Shown piece by piece: positions 40,132 through 49,309 of a stretch of DNA of 64,000 bases. The notes below the pieces were generated by a model. The model saw only the letters and a program-made list of their open reading frames with translations. It had not been told where the DNA came from and did not search any database. The position numbers were made by a program, and so were the translations under genes. How positions within the stretch are numbered: the first letter of the stretch is position 1; every line of letters begins with the position of its first letter. Origin of the DNA: an uncultured Thermoleophilia bacterium (lineage in GTDB: Bacteria; Actinomycetota; Thermoleophilia; Miltoncostaeales; Miltoncostaeaceae); assembly GCA_963773325.1 (NCBI GenBank), contig CAVZAI010000002.1, forward strand, positions 1,532,274-1,596,273, given 5' to 3'.

Positions 40132-40808
40132 CCCCGATCCCGCCGCTGCACGCCAACGAGGGGTGGCGGAACGTGGCGATCACGCCGGTCGACGAACCGC
40201 TGGTTCCGGTCGACGCGATCGACGCGCGGATCGTCGACCGCGCCCAGTACTACGCCTGGGGCCTGCCGGGCAGCCTGGCCCGCTCCTGGGTCCGCGCAGG
40301 CGTCGCCGCGCGGCTTGGCCGCGTGGCACGGGGCCTGCCGGAGGGGTTTACGCTGGTGGTCTGGGATGCGTACCGGCCCCTGGCGGTCCAAGCGGCGCTC
40401 TTTGACGCATACCTCGCAGAGCTGATCGCGGTCCACCCCGAACTGCCCGCGGATGCGCTCGAGCACGCCGCGGCCCGCTACGTGACCCCGCCGAGCCGCT
40501 CGGTGATGGCTCCGCCGCCGCACCTGACCGGCGGTGCGGTCGACCTCACGCTGGGCTTCGGGGACGGGGCGCCGCGTGACCTGGGCACGGACTTCGACGC
40601 CTTCGTGCCCGAGGCCGAGACCCACGCGTTCGAGGGCGGCGACGCGCCGGCCCGCGAGCTGCGGCGGCTGCTGTACTGGTCGATGCGCGCCGAGGGGTTC
40701 ACCAACTACTCCGAGGAGTGGTGGCATTTCGACTTTGGTGACCAGTTCTGGGGGCTGGTCACCGGACACCCGGCCATCTACGGGCCCGCGCCCGCGCCGC
40801 CCGCCTAG
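40119..40808 (+). CDS. M15-family D-Ala-D-Ala dipeptidase-like metallopeptidase (VanX/DdpX-like)
   Basis: Zinc-ligand context HLTGGAVDL and EEWWHFDFG. Confidence 0.75.
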   Translation: MEPLAPIPPLHANEGWRNVAITPVDEPLVPVDAIDARIVDRAQYYAWGLPGSLARSWVRAGVAARLGRVARGLPEGFTLVVWDAYRPLAVQAALFDAYLAELIAVHPELPADALEHAAARYVTPPSRSVMAPPPHLTGGAVDLTLGFGDGAPRDLGTDFDAFVPEAETHAFEGGDAPARELRRLLYWSMRAEGFTNYSEEWWHFDFGDQFWGLVTGHPAIYGPAPAPPA

Positions 40809-41524
40809 GTCCGCCCCGCCCCGTGTGCGCGCAGCACCCCGGTGAGCACGCCCGGACGGTTGGTCAGGATGCCGTTCACTCCGGCTCGCACGAGCCGTTC
40901 CATCTCGCCGACGTCGTCGACCGTCCCGGCGAAGACGGCGAACCCGTGCCGGTGCAGGCGATCGGTCAGGCCGGCCGAGACCAGGGTCGCGGGGACGCCG
41001 ATCCCCGAGATCGCCTGACCCGCGCCGGCATGGCCGGTGGCGAGGCTCGCGACCGCCGCCGCGGAATCGACGACCTGCATCACCGGGCTCGTCACGCCGA
41101 GGTTATGCAGCCGTTCGGCGATCTCCGGATCGAAGGTGGAGTAGGTGACACTGTCGGCCATCTCGAGCTCGCCGACCATCGCCACGAGACCATCGATGGC
41201 CTCGGGGTCCTTGATGTCGAAGGTGACCCGCGCACGTCCCCGGGCGAGCTCGAGGACCTCATCGGGCGTGGGGATGCGCTCCCCGCGCCCCGCGTCGAGG
41301 CTCCGGGCGCGGGCGTAGTCGGTGGCGCGGACCGGTCCGGTCGCGTTGGTGGTGCGATCCAGCAGCGTGTCGCTGATCACCAGCAGCTCGCCGTCGGACG
41401 TTGTGCGGACGTCGGCCTCGATGACGTCCGCCCCCTGGCGGATGGCTTCCTCGAAGGCGGCCAGCGTATTCTCGGGCCGGTCGACCGAGGCGCCACGGTG
41501 GGCGATGTTCCAAACCCCAGGCAT
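40805..41524 (-). CDS. glycerophosphodiester phosphodiesterase family protein
   Basis: Internal ATG MPGVWNIAHRGAS. PENTLAAFEEAIRQGADVIEADV is typical of GDPD. Confidence 0.85.
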   Translation of the reverse strand: MPGVWNIAHRGASVDRPENTLAAFEEAIRQGADVIEADVRTTSDGELLVISDTLLDRTTNATGPVRATDYARARSLDAGRGERIPTPDEVLELARGRARVTFDIKDPEAIDGLVAMVGELEMADSVTYSTFDPEIAERLHNLGVTSPVMQVVDSAAAVASLATGHAGAGQAISGIGVPATLVSAGLTDRLHRHGFAVFAGTVDDVGEMERLVRAGVNGILTNRPGVLTGVLRAHGAGRT

Positions 41525-41604
41525 GACGCGATGATACGCCCACGCCCAGCGGGTTCCGCGCGGCGCGTGCCGGAGCGCCCCGTCGCACGGACAGCGGGCT
41601 AGCA

Positions 41605-42504
41605 TTGGCGATCGTGACCGGAACTTCGTCCACCACTGAGGTCGCCCGCGGGATCTCGCTGATCGGCGCGTTCGCGTCCCTGGTGCGCTTCCAGCACACC
41701 GTCTTCGCCCTGCCGTTCGCGCTCGCCGGGGCGCTGATGGCCCATCAGAGTTGGCCACCGGTCTCGGTGCTGGGCTGGATCCTGCTGGCGATGGTGGGCG
41801 CCCGGTCGCTGGCGATGGCGCTCAACCGGGTCATCGATGCCGAGATCGACGCCAAGAACCCGCGCACGGTGGGTCGCGACCTGCCGAGCGGCCGACTGAC
41901 CCTCACCCAGGTCGCGGTGTTCTGTGCGATCAGCCTCGCGGCGCTCCTGGTTGCCGTCAGCCAGTTGCCGCCGCTGACCTGGTTCCTGTGGCCCGTGCCC
42001 GTCGCCGGCTTCGTGATCTACCCGTACACCAAACGCTTCACATGGCTGTGTCACCTGGTGCTCGGGGTCGTCATCGGCCTGGCTCCGCTCGGGGCGTGGA
42101 TCGCCGTGACCGGCCACTTCGCCGCCGCGCCGATATTCCTGTTCCTGGCGGTGGCCACGTGGATGTTCGGTTTCGACGTGATCTACGCGCTCATGGATGT
42201 CGAGTTCGACCGGGCGCACGGCATCCAGTCGGTGCCGGCCCGCTTCGGCGCCGCCCGGGCGCTGTGGGTCACGCGTGTCATGCACACCGTTGCGGTGATC
42301 TGCCTGATCCTCGCCGGCGTGCTCGCGGGGTCCGCGGCGCTGTATTTCGTGGGGGTCGTGATCTGCGCCGCGGTGCTCGTCGTCGAGAACATCGTCGTCT
42401 CCCCGGACGATATGGGCCGCATCCAGGCCGCCTTCGGGACGGCCAACAGCGTGCTGGCGCTCGTGTACATCACCTTCGTCATCCTCAGCGTCGGGGTCGG
42501 GTAA
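41605..42504 (+). CDS. UbiA-family aromatic prenyltransferase (4-hydroxybenzoate polyprenyltransferase-related)
   Basis: ALNRVIDAEIDAKNPRT (NxxxDxxxD) and a second Asp-rich motif YALMDVEFD. 8-9 TM helices. Confidence 0.85.
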   Translation: MAIVTGTSSTTEVARGISLIGAFASLVRFQHTVFALPFALAGALMAHQSWPPVSVLGWILLAMVGARSLAMALNRVIDAEIDAKNPRTVGRDLPSGRLTLTQVAVFCAISLAALLVAVSQLPPLTWFLWPVPVAGFVIYPYTKRFTWLCHLVLGVVIGLAPLGAWIAVTGHFAAAPIFLFLAVATWMFGFDVIYALMDVEFDRAHGIQSVPARFGAARALWVTRVMHTVAVICLILAGVLAGSAALYFVGVVICAAVLVVENIVVSPDDMGRIQAAFGTANSVLALVYITFVILSVGVG

Positions 42505-42509
42505 TCCGG

Positions 42510-43223
42510 GTGACGCCCGACGAGGAGACGCTGGTCGATGCACGCGGGGTCGTCCGCAGCTTCGGCGAGCGCCGCGCGGTGGACGGCGTGGACCTGCGCG
42601 TGCGCCCCGGGGAACGCGTCGCAGTCGTCGGACCCAACGGCGCCGGCAAGACGACGCTGCTGCGCATGCTGGCCACCCTGCTGCGCGCGGAGGCCGGCAC
42701 CCTGCGCATCGCCGGTGCCGAGATCCCGAAGCAGTCGCAGGTCGCACGGGCGCACATCGGGTACCTCGGGCACGATCCCGCGGTCTATCTGGACCTGACC
42801 GCGCAGCAGAATCTGGAGTTGTTCTGCGACCTCTACGGGGTGCCGGACGCCGGCGAACGCATCGCCGGCGCCCTCGCCCGCGTCGGGCTCCTGGCGCGCA
42901 CCCATGACCCGGTGCGGACGTACTCGCGGGGCATGGCCCAGCGGCTCGGGATCGCGCGCCTGACGCTGCACGCCCCCCGCCTGCTGCTGCTCGACGAGCC
43001 GTACACCGGCCTGGACACCCAGGGCGCGCGAATCCTTGACGAGCTGCTCGGCGACCTGGGCGAACGCGAGGCGGTCGTGCTGGTCACCCACGAGCTCGAC
43101 CGCGCACTGGACCTCGCCGGTGAGGTTGTCGTGATGCGCAACGGCCGCGTCGCGGCGCGGCGCGTGACCGCCGGGGTCCCACTCGCGCGGTTCCGCTCCG
43201 ACTACCAGGAGCTGACCGCGTGA
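42510..43223 (+). CDS. ccmA: heme exporter ABC ATP-binding protein
   Basis: GTG start. Walker A GPNGAGKTT, signature YSRGMAQRL, Walker B LLLLDEP. The assignment rests on its position upstream of ccmB and ccmC. Confidence 0.85.
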   Translation: MTPDEETLVDARGVVRSFGERRAVDGVDLRVRPGERVAVVGPNGAGKTTLLRMLATLLRAEAGTLRIAGAEIPKQSQVARAHIGYLGHDPAVYLDLTAQQNLELFCDLYGVPDAGERIAGALARVGLLARTHDPVRTYSRGMAQRLGIARLTLHAPRLLLLDEPYTGLDTQGARILDELLGDLGEREAVVLVTHELDRALDLAGEVVVMRNGRVAARRVTAGVPLARFRSDYQELTA

Positions 43224-43909
43224 ACCCGCGCGGCCGACGCCAGTACCTGGCCCTGTTGCGCAAGGACCTGCGCCTCGAGTTCCGTACGCGCGAGACGGTC
43301 GTGGCGATGGGGCTGTTCTCGCTGGTGATCATCATCCTGTTCGAGTTCACCGTGGGAGAGCGGATCGGCAACACCACGCCGATCGCCGGGGGGATCATCT
43401 GGGCGACGCTTGCGCTCGGTGCCGTGCTGGGGGTCGGGCGCACCTGGGTTCCCGAGCGGGAGCAACGCGTCCTCGACGCGATCCTGATCGCCCCGGTCTC
43501 GCGCCTGGTGATGATGGCCGCCCGCACGACCGCCCTGGTGATCTTCCTGCTGGGCGTCCAGGTCGTGGTCGTGCCCCTGGCGGTGGTCTTCTTCGTCAAC
43601 GGCACGAGCGCCGTCAACCTGCTGCTCATCGCGGGGGTCTGCGTGCTCGCCGATGCGTGCATCGGCATCATGGGCGCGCTGCTGTCGTCGATGAGCGTCT
43701 TCTCGCGCACCCGCGAGCTCGTCTTGCCGGTACTCTTGCTGCCCTCGCTGATCCCCGTCGTGATCACCGCCGGTGGTGCTACCGACGCCGTGTTGAACCC
43801 ATCGCGACAGATGGCGGAGTATCGTGGCTACTGCCTCTTCCTCGCCGTGTACGCAGTAATCTTCGCGCTCGTTGCCTACGCCACCTTCGACTACATCCTC
43901 GATGACTGA
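43220..43909 (+). CDS. ccmB: heme exporter protein B
   Basis: 229 aa with 6 TM helices. Overlaps ccmA (GTGA-type) and ccmC. Confidence 0.8.
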   Translation: MNPRGRRQYLALLRKDLRLEFRTRETVVAMGLFSLVIIILFEFTVGERIGNTTPIAGGIIWATLALGAVLGVGRTWVPEREQRVLDAILIAPVSRLVMMAARTTALVIFLLGVQVVVVPLAVVFFVNGTSAVNLLLIAGVCVLADACIGIMGALLSSMSVFSRTRELVLPVLLLPSLIPVVITAGGATDAVLNPSRQMAEYRGYCLFLAVYAVIFALVAYATFDYILDD

Positions 43910-44591
43910 CCCCGCGGTGCGGCGGATCGTCGTGCTCGGGGCGCTAACCGCCGTACTGACGGCGCTGGCGATCGTCGGACTGTTCCTGATCGCGCCCGAG
44001 GACACCAACGAGGGGCAGATCCAGCGCATCTTCTACTTCCACGTGTCGATCGCGCTGGTGTCGCTGCTGGCCTTCGGCGTGGCGTTCATCGCCGGTGCGA
44101 TGTACCTGCGCCGTCCGAGCCCGTGGTGGGACGACGTCGTGTTCACCTCCATCCGGCTTGGGCTCACGTTCGCGGTGCTGACGGTGATCACGGGGTCGAT
44201 CTGGGCCAAGGCGGCCTGGGGGACCTGGTGGATCTGGAGCGACCCGCGGCTGGCCACCTACACCCTGGTGATCCTGCTGTACAGCGCGTATTTCGTGCTG
44301 CGCAGCTCGGCCGAGGGATCCCGCCAGGCACGCTTCTCGGCGGTCTACGCGATCATCGCGTTCGTCTCGGTCCCGATCTCGTTCTATGCGGTGCGGGTGG
44401 CCCAGTCGGTCGTCCACCCCGTCGTGTTCACGAGTACGGGCGCGGCGATGCCGCACAGCATGCTGGTGTGGTTCGTCGTCGCGTTGGCGGCGATGACGGC
44501 CCTGTTCTTCCTGCTGCTCCAAGTCGAGCTGATGCAGCACCGCGCGCAGCGGGCCCTGCGCGAGGTCAAGCTGCGTCTGGAGAGAGGGTAG
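43902..44591 (+). CDS. ccmC: heme exporter protein C
   Basis: Trp-rich motif WGTWWIWSDPRL and conserved His-containing loops. Internal ATG MTDPAV. Confidence 0.9.
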   Translation: MTDPAVRRIVVLGALTAVLTALAIVGLFLIAPEDTNEGQIQRIFYFHVSIALVSLLAFGVAFIAGAMYLRRPSPWWDDVVFTSIRLGLTFAVLTVITGSIWAKAAWGTWWIWSDPRLATYTLVILLYSAYFVLRSSAEGSRQARFSAVYAIIAFVSVPISFYAVRVAQSVVHPVVFTSTGAAMPHSMLVWFVVALAAMTALFFLLLQVELMQHRAQRALREVKLRLERG

Positions 44592-44598
44592 GGCGCCG

Positions 44599-44784
44599 AT
44601 GAGCAGCGGTACGCAATTCGTGGTCGCCGCATATGCGGTGATCTGGGTCATCCTGGTGCTCTATGTGGTGTCCATGGGGCTGCGCACGGCCCGCCTGGCC
44701 CGGGAGGCCGAGCTGCTGGTCCGGCTGCTGGACGAACGCGACGCGGCCGCAGCACCGGACGAGGCGGCCGGGGTCGGCCACTGA
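44599..44784 (+). CDS. ccmD: heme exporter protein D-like small membrane protein
   Basis: 61 aa with a single TM (FVVAAYAVIWVILVLYVV). Sits immediately after ccmC. Confidence 0.6.
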   Translation: MSSGTQFVVAAYAVIWVILVLYVVSMGLRTARLAREAELLVRLLDERDAAAAPDEAAGVGH

Positions 44785-44905
44785 GGCCCGGCGGCGTCAT
44801 CGCGTGCGGGACCTTCGTCCTGCGCTGCGGGCTGTCCGGCCCTGGCGGCCCGAGCGGGCCGACGACTACCCTGGTTCGGGCCGCCGCGCTCCCAGCGGGC
44901 GGCCG

Positions 44906-45568
44906 GTGACCGTGTCCGCGGCGCCGCACCTGCCACTGTTCACCGACCTCACCGGCCGGGCGTGCCTCGTCGTCGGCGGAGGCCGCATCGCCGAAGGGAG
45001 GACCCGCTTGCTCGCCGCCCATGGTGCAGTGCTCAGACTCGTGACGCCCGAACTGTCGGACGGGCTTGCCGAGATGGTCGCCGGCGGGCAGGTTGCCGAG
45101 CTGCGCCGGCGCCCCTATGTGCCGGAGGACCTCGAGGGCATTTTTTTGGCGCTTGCCGCGACGAATCACCGCGAAATTAACGCGCAAATCGCCGAACAGG
45201 CGCACGCGCACGGCATTCTCTGCAATGTGGCCGATGACCCCGATGCCTGCGACGTGCACATCCCCGCGCTGGTGCGGCGCGGGGATCTGACCCTCGCGAT
45301 CTCCACCAACGGCGCGAGCCCTGCCGTCACCGCGGATGTGCGGCGCCGGCTCGAGGACCTGTTCGGCCCGGAGTGGGGCGACCTCCTCAGCCTGCTCGGC
45401 GATCTGCGCGAAGCCACAAAGCGGCGCTATCCTGAGCCTGCGCAGCGCGCCGCCGTCGTACGGGGACTGCTTGATGACGGCCGCGTGCTTGGGCTTTTGC
45501 GTGCGGGGGCGACCGAGGAGGCCTACCGGTACGCGCGCACGGTGCTGGACCTCGAGGGAGCGGTGTAG
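44906..45568 (+). CDS. sirC: precorrin-2 dehydrogenase / sirohydrochlorin ferrochelatase (SirC / CysG N-domain-like)
   Basis: GTG start within ORF 44663..45568. Motifs VVGGGRIAEGRTRLL and NVADDPDACDVHIPA. Confidence 0.8.
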   Translation: MTVSAAPHLPLFTDLTGRACLVVGGGRIAEGRTRLLAAHGAVLRLVTPELSDGLAEMVAGGQVAELRRRPYVPEDLEGIFLALAATNHREINAQIAEQAHAHGILCNVADDPDACDVHIPALVRRGDLTLAISTNGASPAVTADVRRRLEDLFGPEWGDLLSLLGDLREATKRRYPEPAQRAAVVRGLLDDGRVLGLLRAGATEEAYRYARTVLDLEGAV

Positions 45569-46895
45569 ATGCACGTGGTGATGGTCGGGCTGTCCCACAA
45601 GACGGCTCCGGTGGAACAACGCGAGAAGGCGGTGCTCTCCGACCGCGGCGGACGCAAACTGCTGCGCACGGTGATCGCGTCGGGGGCGGTCTCGGAGGTC
45701 GTCGCGCTGTCGACCTGCAACCGCACCGAGCTGTACGCCGCCACGGGCGACCCCGCGGCCGCCGAGCAGGTCCTGGTCGACGCGTTGTTGGCCAACACGC
45801 GCATCGGCGCCAGCGAGCTGGCCTGCGCCAGCTACACCCAGCGTGACGAGCGGGCCGCAACGCAGCTGTTCCGGGTGAGCTCGAGCCTGGACTCGATGGT
45901 CGTCGGCGAGAGCGAGATCCAGGGGCAGGTGCGCACCGCCTGGGAGCACGCGGTGGAGGAGAGGACCGTCGGGCCGATCCTCAACCAGCTGTTTCGTCAG
46001 GCGCTCGAGGTCGGCAAGCGCGTCCGCACCGAGACCCGCATCAGCCACGGGCCGGCCTCGATCCCGGCCGTTGCCGTGCACCTCGTGCGCCAGGGCACCT
46101 CGGACCTGTCGGCCAGCCGCGTCGTGGTCGTCGGCGCCGGCGAGATGGCCGAAGCGGTGCTGGTCAGCCTGACGGACGCCGGCGTGGGCGACCTGGTGAT
46201 CGTCAACCGCACCGTCGGCACCGCCCGTGCGCTCGCCGACCGGTTCGCCGGCCGTGGGGTGGGTTTCGACGCGCTCGCGACGGAGCTTGCCGGCGCGGAC
46301 ATCGTCATCTCCTCGACCGACGCCCCGCACACGATCCTCGACCGCGGGCAGCTGGAGCAGGCGCTGCGCGCTGGCGAGCGCGACGGGATGCTGATCATCG
46401 ACATCTCGGTGCCGCGGGACATCGACCCCGCCATCGCCCAGCTGGCGTCGGTGGTCCTGCACGACATCGACGACCTCGAGCGGGTCGTCGAGGCCAACCT
46501 CAACGGTCGCCGGATGGAGGCCGCCCTCGGTGAGCAGATCGTCGGGCGAAGCCGTCGTCGGATTCGCCGAATGGCGCTCCGGCCTGGTCGCCGCGCCGGC
46601 GATCGTGGGGCTCCGCGCGCAGGCCGAGGAGATCCGCCGTCAGGAGCTCGCGCGCACCGCCGACACGTGGGAGTCGCTCTCGGACGCCGACCGCGAACGG
46701 CTCGACGCGCTCACGAAGGCGATCGTCAACAAGATCCTCCACGAGCCGACGGTGCGCGCCCGCGCCGCGGTCCAGAATGCCGAGGGGCTGCGTCACATCG
46801 AGAGCCTCCGGCACCTGTTTGCGCTCGACGACCCCGAGCCCGTGCAGGATGCCGACCCGGTGCTCGCGCCGCAGTCGCTCGACGCGTCCCTGTAG
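45569..46895 (+). pseudogene. hemA: glutamyl-tRNA reductase with the reading frame broken by an apparent 1-nt insertion near 46545-46548
   Basis: The N-terminal about 325 aa (LSTCNRTELY, GESEIQGQV, VVVGAGEMA) are in the frame of 45569. The conserved C-terminal about 115 aa (EAVVGFAEWRSGLVAAPAIVGLR...NKILHEPTVRAR) continue in the frame of ORF 46530..46895. The original frame turns into Arg/Pro junk after ...GEQIVG. Confidence 0.8.
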
Positions 46896-46916
46896 GTCAG
46901 GGGCACGACCGTCCGG

Positions 46917-47795
46917 CTGGTCCTCGCCACCCGTCGCTCCGCGCTGGCGTTGGTCCAGAGCCGCGGCACCGCGGCGCGGCTCGCCGATCTCGGCCACGAG
47001 GTCGAGTTGCTGGAGATCGTCACGACCGGTGATCGCTGGAGCGCGGCGTCCGGCCAGCCACCGGCCGATCGGGGCATGTTCGTCAAGGAGCTCGAGCAGG
47101 CGCTGCTCGACGGCCGCGCCGACCTCGCCGTGCACTCGGCCAAGGACCTGCCCGTCGCGCTGCCGGACGGGCTGGCCGTCGTCGCGGTGCCGGCGCGCGA
47201 GGATGCCAGGGATGTGCTGGTCGGCGTCGACGGCGGGCTCGATGCGCTGGCCGACGGCGCACGGGTCGGCACGAGCAGTCCCCGCCGGCGTGCCCAGCTG
47301 CGGATGATGCGCCCCGACCTCGAGGTCGTCGAGCTGCGGGGCAACGTCGACACCCGCCTGGCGCGCCGCGACGCCGGCGACGTGGACGCGCTCATGCTCG
47401 CCGCCGCGGGGTTGCTCCGGCTCGGCATCCGACGCCCGGACATCCTGGTGCTGGCGCCGCAGCTGTGTGTCCCGGCGCCCGGGCAGGGGCTCTTGGCGAT
47501 CGAGGGACGCGCCGACGATGCATCCGTCCGAGCGGCCGTCGCGCCGCTCGACGACCCGGACGCGCACGCGAGCCTGATCGCCGAACGCGCGGTGCTCGCG
47601 GGGATGGGCGGCGGCTGCATGACCCCGCTCGGGGCGCTGTGCGTGCCGTCGGAGCTGGGGCTCTGGCTGACGGCGTTCGCCGCCGACGACGCCGACGGCG
47701 CCGGAGGGCGCCGTGTCACGATCACCCGCCGTGACCGCGATCCGGTCGCCGCCGGGCATGCGGTCGTCGCCGCCCTGCGCCAGGACGCGGCGTGA
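46917..47795 (+). CDS. hemC: hydroxymethylbilane synthase (porphobilinogen deaminase)
   Basis: Motifs HSAKDLP, GTSSPRRRAQL, GNVDTRL, and cofactor Cys GGGCMTPLGA. The conserved N-terminus (LVLATRRSALALVQS) lies upstream of the first canonical start (TTG 46950). I provisionally use CTG 46917. Confidence 0.8.
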   Translation: MVLATRRSALALVQSRGTAARLADLGHEVELLEIVTTGDRWSAASGQPPADRGMFVKELEQALLDGRADLAVHSAKDLPVALPDGLAVVAVPAREDARDVLVGVDGGLDALADGARVGTSSPRRRAQLRMMRPDLEVVELRGNVDTRLARRDAGDVDALMLAAAGLLRLGIRRPDILVLAPQLCVPAPGQGLLAIEGRADDASVRAAVAPLDDPDAHASLIAERAVLAGMGGGCMTPLGALCVPSELGLWLTAFAADDADGAGGRRVTITRRDRDPVAAGHAVVAALRQDAA

Positions 47796-49309
47796 CCACG
47801 ATCGGCTGGGTCGCACTCGTCGGCGCCGGACCCGGGGATCCGGGCCTGCTGACCGTGCGGGGGCGCGAGCTACTCGAGACCGCCGACGCCGTGGTCATCG
47901 ACCGTCTGGGCACCGAGGCGCTCGTGGCGCTCTGTCGGCCCGACGCGCGCATCATCGATGCCGGCAAGGCACCGGGGCGCCAGGGCCTGACCCAGGACCA
48001 GACCAACGAGACCCTGATCGCGCTCGCGCGCGACGGGCTCGGCGTGGTCCGGCTCAAAGGCGGCGATCCGTTCGTGTTCGGCCGCGGCGGCGAGGAAGCG
48101 CTGGCGCTGCACCGAGCCGGCATCCCGGTCGAGGTCGTCCCGGGCATCACGAGCGCGATCGCCGCGCCCGGGGCGGCCGGGATACCGGTGACGCATCGTG
48201 CGGTGGCGACGTCGTTCACCGTCGTGACCGGCCACGAGGACCCCACCAAGCCGGGCGAGCAGACCGACTGGCAGGCACTCGCCCGCACCCCGGGGACGCT
48301 CGTGATCCTGATGGGTATGGGCCGGTTGGCAGCGATCGCCGCGGCGCTGATCGCCGCCGGCCGGCCCGCCGATCAGCCGGCGGCGGCCGTCCAATGGGGA
48401 ACGACCCCGCGCCAGCGCCAGGTCGTGTCGACCCTCGGGGGCCTCGCCGACGAGGTCGGGCGCAGTGGGCTCGGCAACCCGGCCGTGGTCGTCGTGGGGG
48501 AGGTCGCCGGGCTGGCGGCGCAGATCGATTGGCGGGCGCGGCGGCCGCTGGCGGGGCGCACGGTCGTCGTCACTCGGGCGCGGTCGCAGGCGAGCGAACT
48601 CCGCCGTGAGCTCGCGGGGCTGGGTGCGGAGGTGATTGAACTGCCGGTCATCCGCATCGCCCCGCTCGAGGACCCGCCCGGCCTCGCACGGGTCATGGAC
48701 CGGATCTCGGCCTATCGGCTGCTCGTCGTCACCAGCGTCAACGGGGTCGAGTGCCTGTTCGCGCGTCTGGCCGAGCGCGGTCTCGACGCCCGGGCGATCG
48801 ACCGTGCGGCCCGGGTCGTGGCGATCGGCCCGGCGACCGCCGCCCGTCTCGCGGCCCACGGCATCCGCGCCGACCTCGTCCCCCAGCGGTTCGTGGCGGA
48901 AGGGGTGCTGGAGGCCCTTGCGGGCAGCGACCTCAGCGGCGTCCCGACCCTGGTCGCCCGGGCCCGTGGCGCACGCGCGCTCCTCGTCGACGGGCTCGCC
49001 GCCGCCGGCGCCGACGTGGACGAACTGGAGCTCTACGAAGCGGTGGCCGAGGTGCCCGAGCCGGACCAGCTCGCACGGGCACTTGCCGCCGATTACCTGA
49101 CCTTCACGGCCTCGTCGACGGTGTCGCGGTTCGTCGAGCTGGCCGGGCCGGACCGGGCGGGCCGCATCGCCGGCCGGACGATCTCGATCGGACCCGTCAC
49201 CAGCCAGACGCTGCGCGCCGCGGGCATGCCGGTGCACGTCGAGGCCGACCCGCACACCATTCCTGGGCTCGTGGGGGCGCTGCTCGCCGATGCGGCGCGG
49301 GGGCGGTGA
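47792..49309 (+). CDS. cobA-hemD: bifunctional uroporphyrinogen-III C-methyltransferase / uroporphyrinogen-III synthase
   Basis: The N-terminal SUMT domain has VGAGPGDPGLLT and LKGGDPFVFGRGGEE. The C-terminal about 250 aa are HemD-like. The GTG start overlaps the hemC stop. Confidence 0.9.
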   Translation: MTTIGWVALVGAGPGDPGLLTVRGRELLETADAVVIDRLGTEALVALCRPDARIIDAGKAPGRQGLTQDQTNETLIALARDGLGVVRLKGGDPFVFGRGGEEALALHRAGIPVEVVPGITSAIAAPGAAGIPVTHRAVATSFTVVTGHEDPTKPGEQTDWQALARTPGTLVILMGMGRLAAIAAALIAAGRPADQPAAAVQWGTTPRQRQVVSTLGGLADEVGRSGLGNPAVVVVGEVAGLAAQIDWRARRPLAGRTVVVTRARSQASELRRELAGLGAEVIELPVIRIAPLEDPPGLARVMDRISAYRLLVVTSVNGVECLFARLAERGLDARAIDRAARVVAIGPATAARLAAHGIRADLVPQRFVAEGVLEALAGSDLSGVPTLVARARGARALLVDGLAAAGADVDELELYEAVAEVPEPDQLARALAADYLTFTASSTVSRFVELAGPDRAGRIAGRTISIGPVTSQTLRAAGMPVHVEADPHTIPGLVGALLADAARGR

